From a bacterium (GTDB taxonomy: Bacteria > UBP14 > UBA6098 > 4484-93), in the NCBI GenBank assembly GCA_021158465.1, contig JAGGUN010000052.1:2160-66159 (forward strand): 64,000 nucleotides of DNA, written 5' to 3'. This document shows, piece after piece, positions 1 through 7,378 of this stretch. The position numbers and the translations under genes were made by a program. The notes beneath the pieces were generated by a model. That model saw nothing but the letters and a program-made list of their open reading frames with translations, did not search any database and was not told the DNA's origin. Numbering within the stretch: position 1 is the first letter of the stretch; each line of letters opens with the position of its first letter.

Positions 1-1635
1 GAACTCAGCCTCAGCATCAGATAGCCCGCCGTTCTGCTCGAGGCGAGATAGGAGGACAACGAGCTCTTTGAAGCGGTCATAGTGGAAGCTGACACGGCTC
101 TCCGCATAGTCACGGGCGCTCCAGGTGCTTATCAGGAACTGCCAGTCGGAAGACTCAAGCAGCAGAAGCTCAACAGCAAGTTGATTGAGGACACGCTCCT
201 TTGTCTCATCCACATTATCCTTATATCTATTGGCAAGCTCAACCATCTTCTGCTCTGCCTCATATATGTGTCGCCAGGTCCACTCTGTCCACTCGTTCAA
301 CCAGATATAGTGGAATCCGCCCTGTCCCCATGACCCCTCGGGAAGCGAAACCACCTCCACGGGGGGAAACTTATCAAGGTATGATGATAGCGTCGTCGAA
401 CCGATGGCTTTATCATTCAGCAATTCCTGCATCACCTTAGTGAGCCATCTCGTTCCCTCAAACCACCAGTGCCCGAACAGCTCCGTATCGTAAGGAGCGG
501 TTATCACAGCCGGGATACCGAGCTTCTCATACTCCTTAAGCAAAATATCTCGTGAGAGCTTGGCGAAGTGAGCAGCCTGCTCAACAAGTGTATCCTCTAT
601 CCATTCGGGATGGTACTCGTCCTTTTCTGCCAGGTCTGCCTTAGAATCGGTAACACGCCAGTATCTATGTCCACCTGGAAAACGCTTCTTGTGGAATTCA
701 AGGTAGGCAGGATTACCTGGATAACCCCATTCTCCTGACCATACTTGCAGCCCCGTTTTTGGGTCGCGAACAAAGACAGCGGTTCCACCCGAGCCGATAA
801 TATAAGGACGATATTCGGTTAATTCCTCAGCCCTCGGTCTCGGCTTGTATCCCTCCGCAAACTGCACCCAAAGCCGTTTCAAAGCCTCAAACCTGTCAAT
901 ATACACACCCCTCGCCTCACCCCCCTTCAGGAGGTGGGAATCGACGATAAAATATTCTATCCCCGTAGAGTGTAAAAACTCTTCTATACCACGGCGGGTA
1001 AACTCCTTCTTGGAAAACCCTTCGACCGGATAACACCAATTGTATCTCGGGCGGTAAGCAGCTTCAGGGAGCCATATCCCACGAGGCTGACGACCAAAAT
1101 ACTTTTCATAAACCCGCCTTCCTATCTCAATCTGGGCATAGACGCTATTGTCCGTACCCAGAAGCGGCAGATAACCATGGGTTGCAGCAGATGTGATGAC
1201 CTCAATATACCCTTCGTCCTGGAAATCTCGAAAAACGGAGGCTATATCTTCCTGGCACAGTATCTCGAAATCCCAGATAATATTCTGATAGAGTCCCAAC
1301 CACATCTCCGCAAGGCGGGATTTACTCTCCTGACCGGTTTTATCGAAAAACTTCTTATCATCCTTCGCTGCGAGCATCTTCTGGCGAAGATAATCCCTGA
1401 AACCGCGCGCAAACTCCGGCTCCGCCATCTGCTCCAAAAGCACCGGCGTCAGACCAATGGTGAAGTGAAAATCGATACCGTTCTTCCTCATAAACTCTAT
1501 CTGCTGGATGAGTGGAATGTATGTCTCCGAGGCAGCCTCAAACAACCAGTCGGAACCGTGAGGCCATCTACCGTGCGATAGAACATACGGGAGATGCGAA
1601 TGCAAAACCAGACCAAGATAACCCTTCTTGTCCAT
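1..1635 (-). CDS. GH57-family 1,4-alpha-glucan branching enzyme (3' end runs off window; not in supplied ORF track)
   Basis: Hand translation of the reverse strand from ATG 1635-1633 (GGAGGA upstream) stays open for 545 codons to base 1. It reads MDKKGYLGLVLHSHLPYVLSHGRWPHGSDWLFEAA...APYDTELFGHWWFEG...ESSDWQFLIS. The HSHLPY and ELFGHWW blocks are GH57 signatures. Confidence 0.8.
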   Translation of the reverse strand, partial: MDKKGYLGLVLHSHLPYVLSHGRWPHGSDWLFEAASETYIPLIQQIEFMRKNGIDFHFTIGLTPVLLEQMAEPEFARGFRDYLRQKMLAAKDDKKFFDKTGQESKSRLAEMWLGLYQNIIWDFEILCQEDIASVFRDFQDEGYIEVITSAATHGYLPLLGTDNSVYAQIEIGRRVYEKYFGRQPRGIWLPEAAYRPRYNWCYPVEGFSKKEFTRRGIEEFLHSTGIEYFIVDSHLLKGGEARGVYIDRFEALKRLWVQFAEGYKPRPRAEELTEYRPYIIGSGGTAVFVRDPKTGLQVWSGEWGYPGNPAYLEFHKKRFPGGHRYWRVTDSKADLAEKDEYHPEWIEDTLVEQAAHFAKLSRDILLKEYEKLGIPAVITAPYDTELFGHWWFEGTRWLTKVMQELLNDKAIGSTTLSSYLDKFPPVEVVSLPEGSWGQGGFHYIWLNEWTEWTWRHIYEAEQKMVELANRYKDNVDETKERVLNQLAVELLLLESSDWQFLISTWSARDYAESRVSFHYDRFKELVVLLSRLEQNGGLSDAEAEF

Positions 1636-1783
1636 ATGCTTCCTCCTCTTGACCTCGCAATTGTCAATGGTATTTATATCTTCAGGTAATTTCACCTTCC
1701 CAATAAAAGGGAGTGTAACGAGAAGTCAAGCAAAATAAGAAATCAAGGCTATATCGAGCTATTGGTCAAAAAAGAAAGCTGGT

Positions 1784-2596
1784 TTATCTTTTCACCCTGA
1801 CCCGAACAAAGTTTCTCGCGTCCTCACCCTCTATCATCAAAAAGCACTCATAAGAGGATGTCGTATCGGGCAACTCACCTTTCAGCTTGAGCTTGATGGT
1901 GCGCTTCTTCCCTGGTGCAATGGTAAGCTCCTTCGGCGAAACCTTGATGCAATCTACAGGAAGAGGCTTGAAACCGCTCGATATCTCGATGTGCACCCTG
2001 TCGGACTGGAGAGCAGGCTCCTTGAGGGTAAACGATATCCGCTGGCGGGTGGTGTCATTGTTGAAGAGAACAAACTCCCCCCTCCCACCATCTATGGTGA
2101 CAATGGACGGTAGAACAGCCAGTTCACCAAACGGAACGGAAGACATATTCTCCTTGCTTTCCGTCTCGATGAAATACAATGTAGCAATAGCCGTCTGAAA
2201 CATACTTCCCGTTATCTCCTTAACAATGAGCGATACAGCCCAGTGCTGGTTGTAGAACCGCTCATCATCAGGGATATCGATATACATCGCCGCTCTGGCA
2301 GGTTCACCTGGCGGCGCGACAAGTGTCTCAGGAGCATCGAGGACAAAAAATGAGGTATCAGGGATATCGATGTATCCCTTTAGCCAGTTCTTCTTAACCT
2401 TGGAGGGAAAAGCCTTTTCAACGACAAAACGCTTCTCGCTATCGCTATCGTTGTAGCAAAGGAGGTTCACACCAAAGTTCGTTTTCTCTCCCACAGGAAC
2501 ATTCCTCGCCGTGAAGACACCGGGTGAAATCCTTATGCAGAAAAGAGGAACTGCAAGAAACAACAGAACTATCGAAAATATAGCTTTCTTTATCAT
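1784..2596 (-). CDS. Secreted two-domain beta-rich protein, function unknown (last gene of protease operon)
   Basis: The track ORF 1784..2701 is trimmed to the internal ATG at 2596, giving the signal peptide MIKKAIFSIVLLFLAVPLFC. The body is beta-strand rich and ends VSPKELTIAPGKKRTIKLKLKGELP...FVRVRVKR, a PapD/ASH-like pattern. It is co-oriented 56 nt downstream of 2653..3216. Confidence 0.6.
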   Translation of the reverse strand: MIKKAIFSIVLLFLAVPLFCIRISPGVFTARNVPVGEKTNFGVNLLCYNDSDSEKRFVVEKAFPSKVKKNWLKGYIDIPDTSFFVLDAPETLVAPPGEPARAAMYIDIPDDERFYNQHWAVSLIVKEITGSMFQTAIATLYFIETESKENMSSVPFGELAVLPSIVTIDGGRGEFVLFNNDTTRQRISFTLKEPALQSDRVHIEISSGFKPLPVDCIKVSPKELTIAPGKKRTIKLKLKGELPDTTSSYECFLMIEGEDARNFVRVRVKR

Positions 2597-2652
2597 TTGG
2601 GCATCCTGTGGCAAAGGAGACAGTCGAGTAACGACTGTCTCCCTCTTCCATC

Positions 2653-3216
2653 TCAAGGCGAAGGTGTAGCGACAACGGTAACATCGATCTGGTGTACACA
2701 ACCATCACTAACAGAAGTCGGCACTGTGAAGCGGGTGTACAGATGGTGGTCTTCACCAGCTGGGACATCTGAGAGATAGACATCCCCAGGAGAAGAGGAG
2801 GCAGTTATAGTTTGCCAATCTGCTGTTGCCGGCTCTGCATCCTGAGTCCCTTTCCCGAGCTCGAGCTTGAAGATGTCAGCCCCTGCAGTTGTCCCAGCTG
2901 TCCAGAGGGTTGGAGTACCATATCCGCAGGGTGCAGGAGTCGTGGTCGCCTGATAGGCGGAGAAATCAACCTCACAGTTGCAGTTGTTGTCAACAAAGAT
3001 GTGGTCACCACTTGAGCCGGTTGTCTGGGTAATTACCTCTCCCTCTGCTCGCAGACCGAGTGGCCAGGTAGTGTAGTCTCCTGTTTCGTCCGCATTCCGC
3101 AGGGTGACATCCATATACTGCACCTGCACCGTGATGGTGAATGCATCGTTGTCAGCGGCATACACCACCGAACACAAGAGCAGAAGAACCGCTAACACCC
3201 CCCAAAAACTTCTCAT
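2653..3216 (-). CDS. Small secreted protein, paralog B of the protease C-terminal domain family
   Basis: There is an AGGAGG 7 nt upstream. The signal peptide is MRSFWGVLAVLLLLCSVVYA, followed by ADNDAFTITVQV. Blocks are shared with 3276..3797 and with aa 641-799 of the protease ORF. Confidence 0.7.
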   Translation of the reverse strand: MRSFWGVLAVLLLLCSVVYAADNDAFTITVQVQYMDVTLRNADETGDYTTWPLGLRAEGEVITQTTGSSGDHIFVDNNCNCEVDFSAYQATTTPAPCGYGTPTLWTAGTTAGADIFKLELGKGTQDAEPATADWQTITASSSPGDVYLSDVPAGEDHHLYTRFTVPTSVSDGCVHQIDVTVVATPSP

Positions 3217-3275
3217 TTATACCTCCTTTATTTAGGGTTAATTGTTAAAACTACAACATATCCTCATTCCACCAC

Positions 3276-3797
3276 CTAAGATGGTGTTACTGTCAAGGTT
3301 ACACTCAAGCGGTGAACAGTGCCGGGAGATGTTCTGCTTGGCGCAAGGAAACGGAAAACAAGATACACGCTCGAGCCAACCTCAAAAAAGTCTATAACCT
3401 CTACCGGCTCATCAAGGAGAACAATATAATCAGAGAAATCAGGAGGAAGCAGTATATAGCTTGTCGTTAGCTGAAGCACAAACCTCTCGATACCCTGAAC
3501 AACAGACGGCGTCCAGCGGGTTACCGATGTATCCTCTGTCACATCCTCGACAGATGCGAGAATGGACACAGGGATATTTGAGCCGTTCACAAAAAGCATA
3601 AAATCCGGTGGCTTCATTGCAACCGTATCCCAGACAAACGCCTCTATCCGCCAATCCCGGTAAGGAGCACCTTCTATGGTCTGACACTCAAACCCTACCA
3701 CTGGAACAGAAACAGTAATATTGAAATCATCTCCATCAGCGTAAAGCAACGATGCAAGAACGAGCATAAGAAGCAGTATGAGGGCAGCTCTCCTCAA
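3276..3797 (-). CDS. Small secreted protein, paralog A of the protease C-terminal domain family
   Basis: The TTG start overlaps the protease stop (TTGA, 3794-3797). The signal peptide is MRRAALILLLMLVLASLLYA, followed by ADGDDFNITVSV. The C-terminal strand is HRLSVTLTVTPS. Confidence 0.65.
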   Translation of the reverse strand: MRRAALILLLMLVLASLLYADGDDFNITVSVPVVGFECQTIEGAPYRDWRIEAFVWDTVAMKPPDFMLFVNGSNIPVSILASVEDVTEDTSVTRWTPSVVQGIERFVLQLTTSYILLPPDFSDYIVLLDEPVEVIDFFEVGSSVYLVFRFLAPSRTSPGTVHRLSVTLTVTPS

Positions 3798-6172
3798 TGT
3801 GGCACCGCCTGTATTGTTATCGTTATATCCTGTGGAGCAGGCACAGTATTTGTCGTTGGAGCCTGAAATAGAATGTAGAAATACTCCCCGGAGCCAGCAG
3901 GGATATTCACTCCATCACTTGCTCCTGCAAACTTGCCGGTAGCTCCTGTTCCTGCCGGTCGAAAATCTGTTCCCAAGGTATCATAGCTCGTAGAGAAGTC
4001 ATCAGCGCTTGGCACCGTTGGTCCATTGAATAATCCCATAAGAAGACACCTGTTAACACCAGGGGCATCGGAATAAGTCCAGGCAACAGGAGAAGCCTTT
4101 ATCTCCAGATCAATCGAGGCAGTCCCTGTATTCTTGACATAGGCTCTCGTTGAGGTATTAGCAATCCTCGTTTCACCAGTAGAAAGAAGCCCCATATCCC
4201 AGGGGGAAGTATTGTATATTACGCCTCCCGGACTGCCTTTGTGTATCTCTATCCCAACAGTTGCGGCGTTGTGCATCGTGAACTGTCCTGTTGCACTCCA
4301 GTCGGATCGCGCTCCGTGGTTGTCCCACATACGGATGCGCCAGTAGTATGTCGCACCATTCTGAGAGAGTGCGGTTCCACCATAGCTCACATCGGCGCAC
4401 CGGTCGCCACTGTGAACACCTGTCCCAGAGACATTATAATCTCCTGTATCCCACATAATCGTTCCCGCCCCGAAGCTCGGGTCGCTTGCAACCTGAATCT
4501 GAAGCCTATCCATATAGTCGCAGTTGTCGTCGTCGTGGTATATTGCGGAGAACTCAGGGGTAAGGTCGGTAACATCTGTCGGATTCGTCATCCCCTCGCA
4601 CAGAAGATTTGTCGGTGCTGTCGGCGTATAGTTGTTTATTGTCACCGAATGGGTCACCGTATCGCAGAAATTGTGGTCGCAGGCGATGAGCCGAACACTG
4701 TATGTCCCGGGGTCGTCGTAGGTGTGGCTCGGGCTCTGCGATGTCGATGTATGACCATCACCGAAGTTCCAGTTCCAGCTGGTGATGGAGAGGCAATGCT
4801 CCGTGCTATTGGTGAATGAGACCGGCTCGCAGACATACCTCGGTGAGTTGCTCGAGAATTTTGCATCGAGGTAATACTCATGATACAGAGCGTCGGTGCC
4901 GAAGCGGGAATTCCAATAGTTTGACTCACTGTAAGCAATTCTCATATAACCGCTCTCCCCCCAGTCGGTTCCCCAGCTATTCTTCATAATCCAGTAGCTG
5001 CCGGAATCGTTATATCCGACAAGGATTATCGCGTGCCAACCAGCCCAATAACCCCAGAGGCCGTGCGTATATACCCCTCCAGAGTAAGACCAGAAGTCGG
5101 GATAGTGGCATCTCATACAAACAGAGAGCGGGGAATGGTTAAGTCCATTTTTGAGAGCAGTTCGACTGACATTCTGCCCCTCATTTACCCACGTCCAGCC
5201 ACAGATTTTCTTTGTCCTATCCACCCAGTTGCTACACCTATCGCTGCACGGGAGTGTATGTGATACATCATCGTCATCACAATAACCCGATGAGTAATAA
5301 GGAAAACAAGCCTCGTCAGGTGTGCCGGTATCGCGGAGGAAATTGCTCGCAAGGTCAGTGTAGCCACCACAACAGCCATAATTGCTCTCATTACAGGAGA
5401 CAACAAACTGCTCGGAGAGGTCCATCGAGCTGCGGAGGGCAGGCTTATTAAGCCCTATCAATATCTGCGATTCCTCTGTGCCGACAACGGAGAACGCCCA
5501 GCAGGAGCCACAATCTCCCTGGTTCTTGATAGGGGTAACCCAGTTGTGACCATCCTTGTTCCGCCAATCAAGAGACGCCTTTGGCGGTGGAGCTCCTTCA
5601 AGGATATGCGGTCTGCCACGAACCTCATGAACCATTGCACCCGTTAAACGCAATCGCCTCTCATCATCCAGCATAAACGGGGCTGTCAGGTCTGCCGTCC
5701 ACTGCGCACCGGTCGCAATTATGTTTGCTCTTATCCTGCGAAGCTCGGCAAACCGCATAAACACAAACTTAACAAGCGAATCCGGAGGAGTATATCCTCC
5801 TTTTACCTTGAAATGTCGCTCCCCATTCTTTACCTCATAAGAGATTATGTTCCCTTCTACATGCCGAACGGTATCCTTGCCAGATATACCCTCAATGAAA
5901 ACGGCAAATCTATATTTACCCGGGGCTGGGAGATTTCTGTACAAACGGTCTCGCCCGATGAGAAGCTCACCCACTTTTATCTCATCAGGTGAGAAACGAG
6001 CAAGATACTCACCCTCGAGATAAACACACCCTATCGGATCGGAAAGAGAATAAGGAGTAAAACTTACACTAACAGAGTCAACCTCATCCAAAATGCCTAT
6101 CTCAGCATAGAGAAGACCAAAACAAAAGATAAACGAAGAAACTATAAAAGCAGAAAACCGATGCAGACGCAT
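3794..6172 (-). CDS. Secreted multidomain papain-like (C1A) cysteine peptidase with PKD-like, FN3-like and novel C-terminal domains
   Basis: The C1A catalytic blocks are NQGDCGSCWAFS (Cys), WHAIILVGYN (His) and MKNSWGTDWGESGY (Asn). The PKD-like block is WNWNFGDGHTS..HTYDDPGTYSVRL and the FN3-like block is PTNLLCEG...ATYYWRIRMWD. The signal peptide is MRLHRFSAFIVSSFIFCFGLLYA. I prefer ATG 6172 (GGGGAGGG upstream) over the track GTG at 6193. Confidence 0.85.
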   Translation of the reverse strand: MRLHRFSAFIVSSFIFCFGLLYAEIGILDEVDSVSVSFTPYSLSDPIGCVYLEGEYLARFSPDEIKVGELLIGRDRLYRNLPAPGKYRFAVFIEGISGKDTVRHVEGNIISYEVKNGERHFKVKGGYTPPDSLVKFVFMRFAELRRIRANIIATGAQWTADLTAPFMLDDERRLRLTGAMVHEVRGRPHILEGAPPPKASLDWRNKDGHNWVTPIKNQGDCGSCWAFSVVGTEESQILIGLNKPALRSSMDLSEQFVVSCNESNYGCCGGYTDLASNFLRDTGTPDEACFPYYSSGYCDDDDVSHTLPCSDRCSNWVDRTKKICGWTWVNEGQNVSRTALKNGLNHSPLSVCMRCHYPDFWSYSGGVYTHGLWGYWAGWHAIILVGYNDSGSYWIMKNSWGTDWGESGYMRIAYSESNYWNSRFGTDALYHEYYLDAKFSSNSPRYVCEPVSFTNSTEHCLSITSWNWNFGDGHTSTSQSPSHTYDDPGTYSVRLIACDHNFCDTVTHSVTINNYTPTAPTNLLCEGMTNPTDVTDLTPEFSAIYHDDDNCDYMDRLQIQVASDPSFGAGTIMWDTGDYNVSGTGVHSGDRCADVSYGGTALSQNGATYYWRIRMWDNHGARSDWSATGQFTMHNAATVGIEIHKGSPGGVIYNTSPWDMGLLSTGETRIANTSTRAYVKNTGTASIDLEIKASPVAWTYSDAPGVNRCLLMGLFNGPTVPSADDFSTSYDTLGTDFRPAGTGATGKFAGASDGVNIPAGSGEYFYILFQAPTTNTVPAPQDITITIQAVPH

Positions 6173-6223
6173 TACCCTCCCCAATCCACACACCGGTATA
6201 TCGGAGATATGCTTTCTAATAAC

Positions 6224-6251
6224 AACATAATCGACTTTTCGATAAAATCAA
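6224..6251 (-). promoter_or_regulatory. Candidate sigma70-type promoter for protease operon (TTGATT-16-TATGTT)
   Basis: Read on the reverse strand, with the -10 at 6229-6224 and the -35 at 6251-6246. It lies about 50 nt upstream of ATG 6172. Confidence 0.35.
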
Positions 6252-6271
6252 GATTTTTAATTGAAAAATTT

Positions 6272-6299
6272 TTGCAATTCTCCGCCGAAAAGATATAAT
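6272..6299 (+). promoter_or_regulatory. Candidate sigma70-type promoter (TTGCAA-16-TATAAT)
   Basis: The hexamers are at 6272-6277 and 6294-6299, 33 nt upstream of ATG 6332. AGGAGG lies between them and the start. Confidence 0.5.
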
Positions 6300-6331
6300 A
6301 AAGATTGGCAACAAGTTTTAGGAGGTAAATA

Positions 6332-7027
6332 ATGAATAAATACCTCGTTCCTTTCGTGATCCTTCTCATTGCCTCTTCTGCATTCGCTCAGGAGCCCTGC
6401 ACCGATTCACTCTGGGCGGAGGTATCTGCTGATACAGTAACCATCCACCACGACGGGGCGTTCTACAACTGCTGTATGACTATCGAATACGAACTCCGTC
6501 AGCTTCCCGGGGATACGCTCATTGTGTCCGAGTTCGAGACAGGAACACCCTGCTTCTGTATGTGCTGCTTCAACCTGTTCTTGAAACTCGCAGGATTTCA
6601 GCCAGGGATACATTTCTTTCGCGTTATCAACAGGGATACAGGTGAGGTGTTCGGCACAGTCCCAGTGATCGTGCGAGGCGGAGAGAGCAAATCGGACATC
6701 CGGTTTGTCAGTTCATATCAGAGCGACTGTCTGCCGCTCTCCATCCAGGAACCAGAGAAGAAAGAACTGACCCCGTTTCTGTCCGTATCGCCCAATCCGT
6801 TCAACACAGAAGCAACAGTGACCGTCATGATACCCAACGAGGTAGAGTGTGTTGTGACAGTCAGCGACATCCTCGGGTATACAGTGGACACACTCTTCTC
6901 CGGCAAGGCATCAGAGGGTAAGCTCTCGTTCAACTGGCAAGCAGGTGGAAAACCGAGCGGCGTCTATTTTGTCAAAGTAAAGTATGGAGAACATTCACTG
7001 ACCAAGAAACTCATTTTGTTGAAGTAG
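6332..7027 (+). CDS. Small Cys-rich secreted protein with T9SS type-A C-terminal sorting domain
   Basis: The signal peptide is MNKYLVPFVILLIASSAFA. The N-domain has a C..NCC..PCFCMCC cysteine pattern. The C-terminal domain reads SVSPNPFNTEATVTV...SGVYFVKVKYGEHSLTKKLILLK. Confidence 0.8.
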   Translation: MNKYLVPFVILLIASSAFAQEPCTDSLWAEVSADTVTIHHDGAFYNCCMTIEYELRQLPGDTLIVSEFETGTPCFCMCCFNLFLKLAGFQPGIHFFRVINRDTGEVFGTVPVIVRGGESKSDIRFVSSYQSDCLPLSIQEPEKKELTPFLSVSPNPFNTEATVTVMIPNEVECVVTVSDILGYTVDTLFSGKASEGKLSFNWQAGGKPSGVYFVKVKYGEHSLTKKLILLK

Positions 7028-7124
7028 AAACTCCATCGGTTCCGGTCCCAACCCCATCCAAGAAGGTCAGTTACAAGCTGGTGTGAGAAATCAAGAACTA
7101 TGAATTCTGGCGAAAACTTTTCAT

Positions 7125-7152
7125 TTGACAGGAACACAATTTTTTCTATTTT
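7125..7152 (+). promoter_or_regulatory. Candidate promoter for tRNA-Arg/tRNA-Glu/GH99-like unit (TTGACA-16-TATTTT)
   Basis: The hexamers are at 7125-7130 and 7147-7152, 36 nt upstream of the tRNA-Arg 5' end. Confidence 0.35.
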
Positions 7153-7188
7153 AATTAGCTATTATCAACTGGAGAGCGAGAAAGCCGG

Positions 7189-7262
7189 CCGCCCGTAGCT
7201 CAGCAGGATAGAGCGTCGGACTTCGAATCCGCAGGTCGGGCGTTCGAGTCGCCCCGGGCGGA
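7189..7262 (+). tRNA. tRNA-Arg(TCG)
   Basis: Folded by hand into a cloverleaf. The acceptor is CCGCCCG/CGGGCGG, the D arm is GCTC..GAGC and the anticodon loop is CTTCGAA. The T arm is GGGCG-TTCGAGT-CGCCC. No CCA is encoded. Confidence 0.8.
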
Positions 7263-7284
7263 TACTGAAGAGCAAAATATAACT

Positions 7285-7357
7285 GTCCCCATCGTCCAGT
7301 GGTCTAGGACCCAGGCCTTTCACGCCTGAAACAGGGGTTCGACTCCCCTTGGGGACA
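7285..7357 (+). tRNA. tRNA-Glu(TTC)
   Basis: The acceptor is GTCCCCA/TGGGGAC and the anticodon stem-loop is CAGGC-CTTTCAC-GCCTG. The T arm is AGGGG-TTCGACT-CCCCT. Confidence 0.85.
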
Positions 7358-7378
7358 GAAAGCCCCGCAGGAAACAGG

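Noticed and set aside
1784-6193. Classical chaperone-usher pilus, or a T9SS-dependent type V pilus, as the identity of the protease operon
   Set aside because: There is no usher-sized outer-membrane barrel gene. The subunits have no lipoprotein lipobox and none of the four proteins has a T9SS C-terminal domain. Only an analogy is retained in the finding.
6332-7027. A chagasin-like C1-protease inhibitor
   Set aside because: The chagasin family motifs (NPTTG, GxGG, RPW) are absent. The domain is Cys-rich, unlike chagasin.
7349-7378. The TTG-initiated N-terminal extension of the GH99-like ORF
   Set aside because: It overlaps the 3' end of tRNA-Glu(TTC). ATG 7379 has a purine-rich SD and yields a normal signal peptide.
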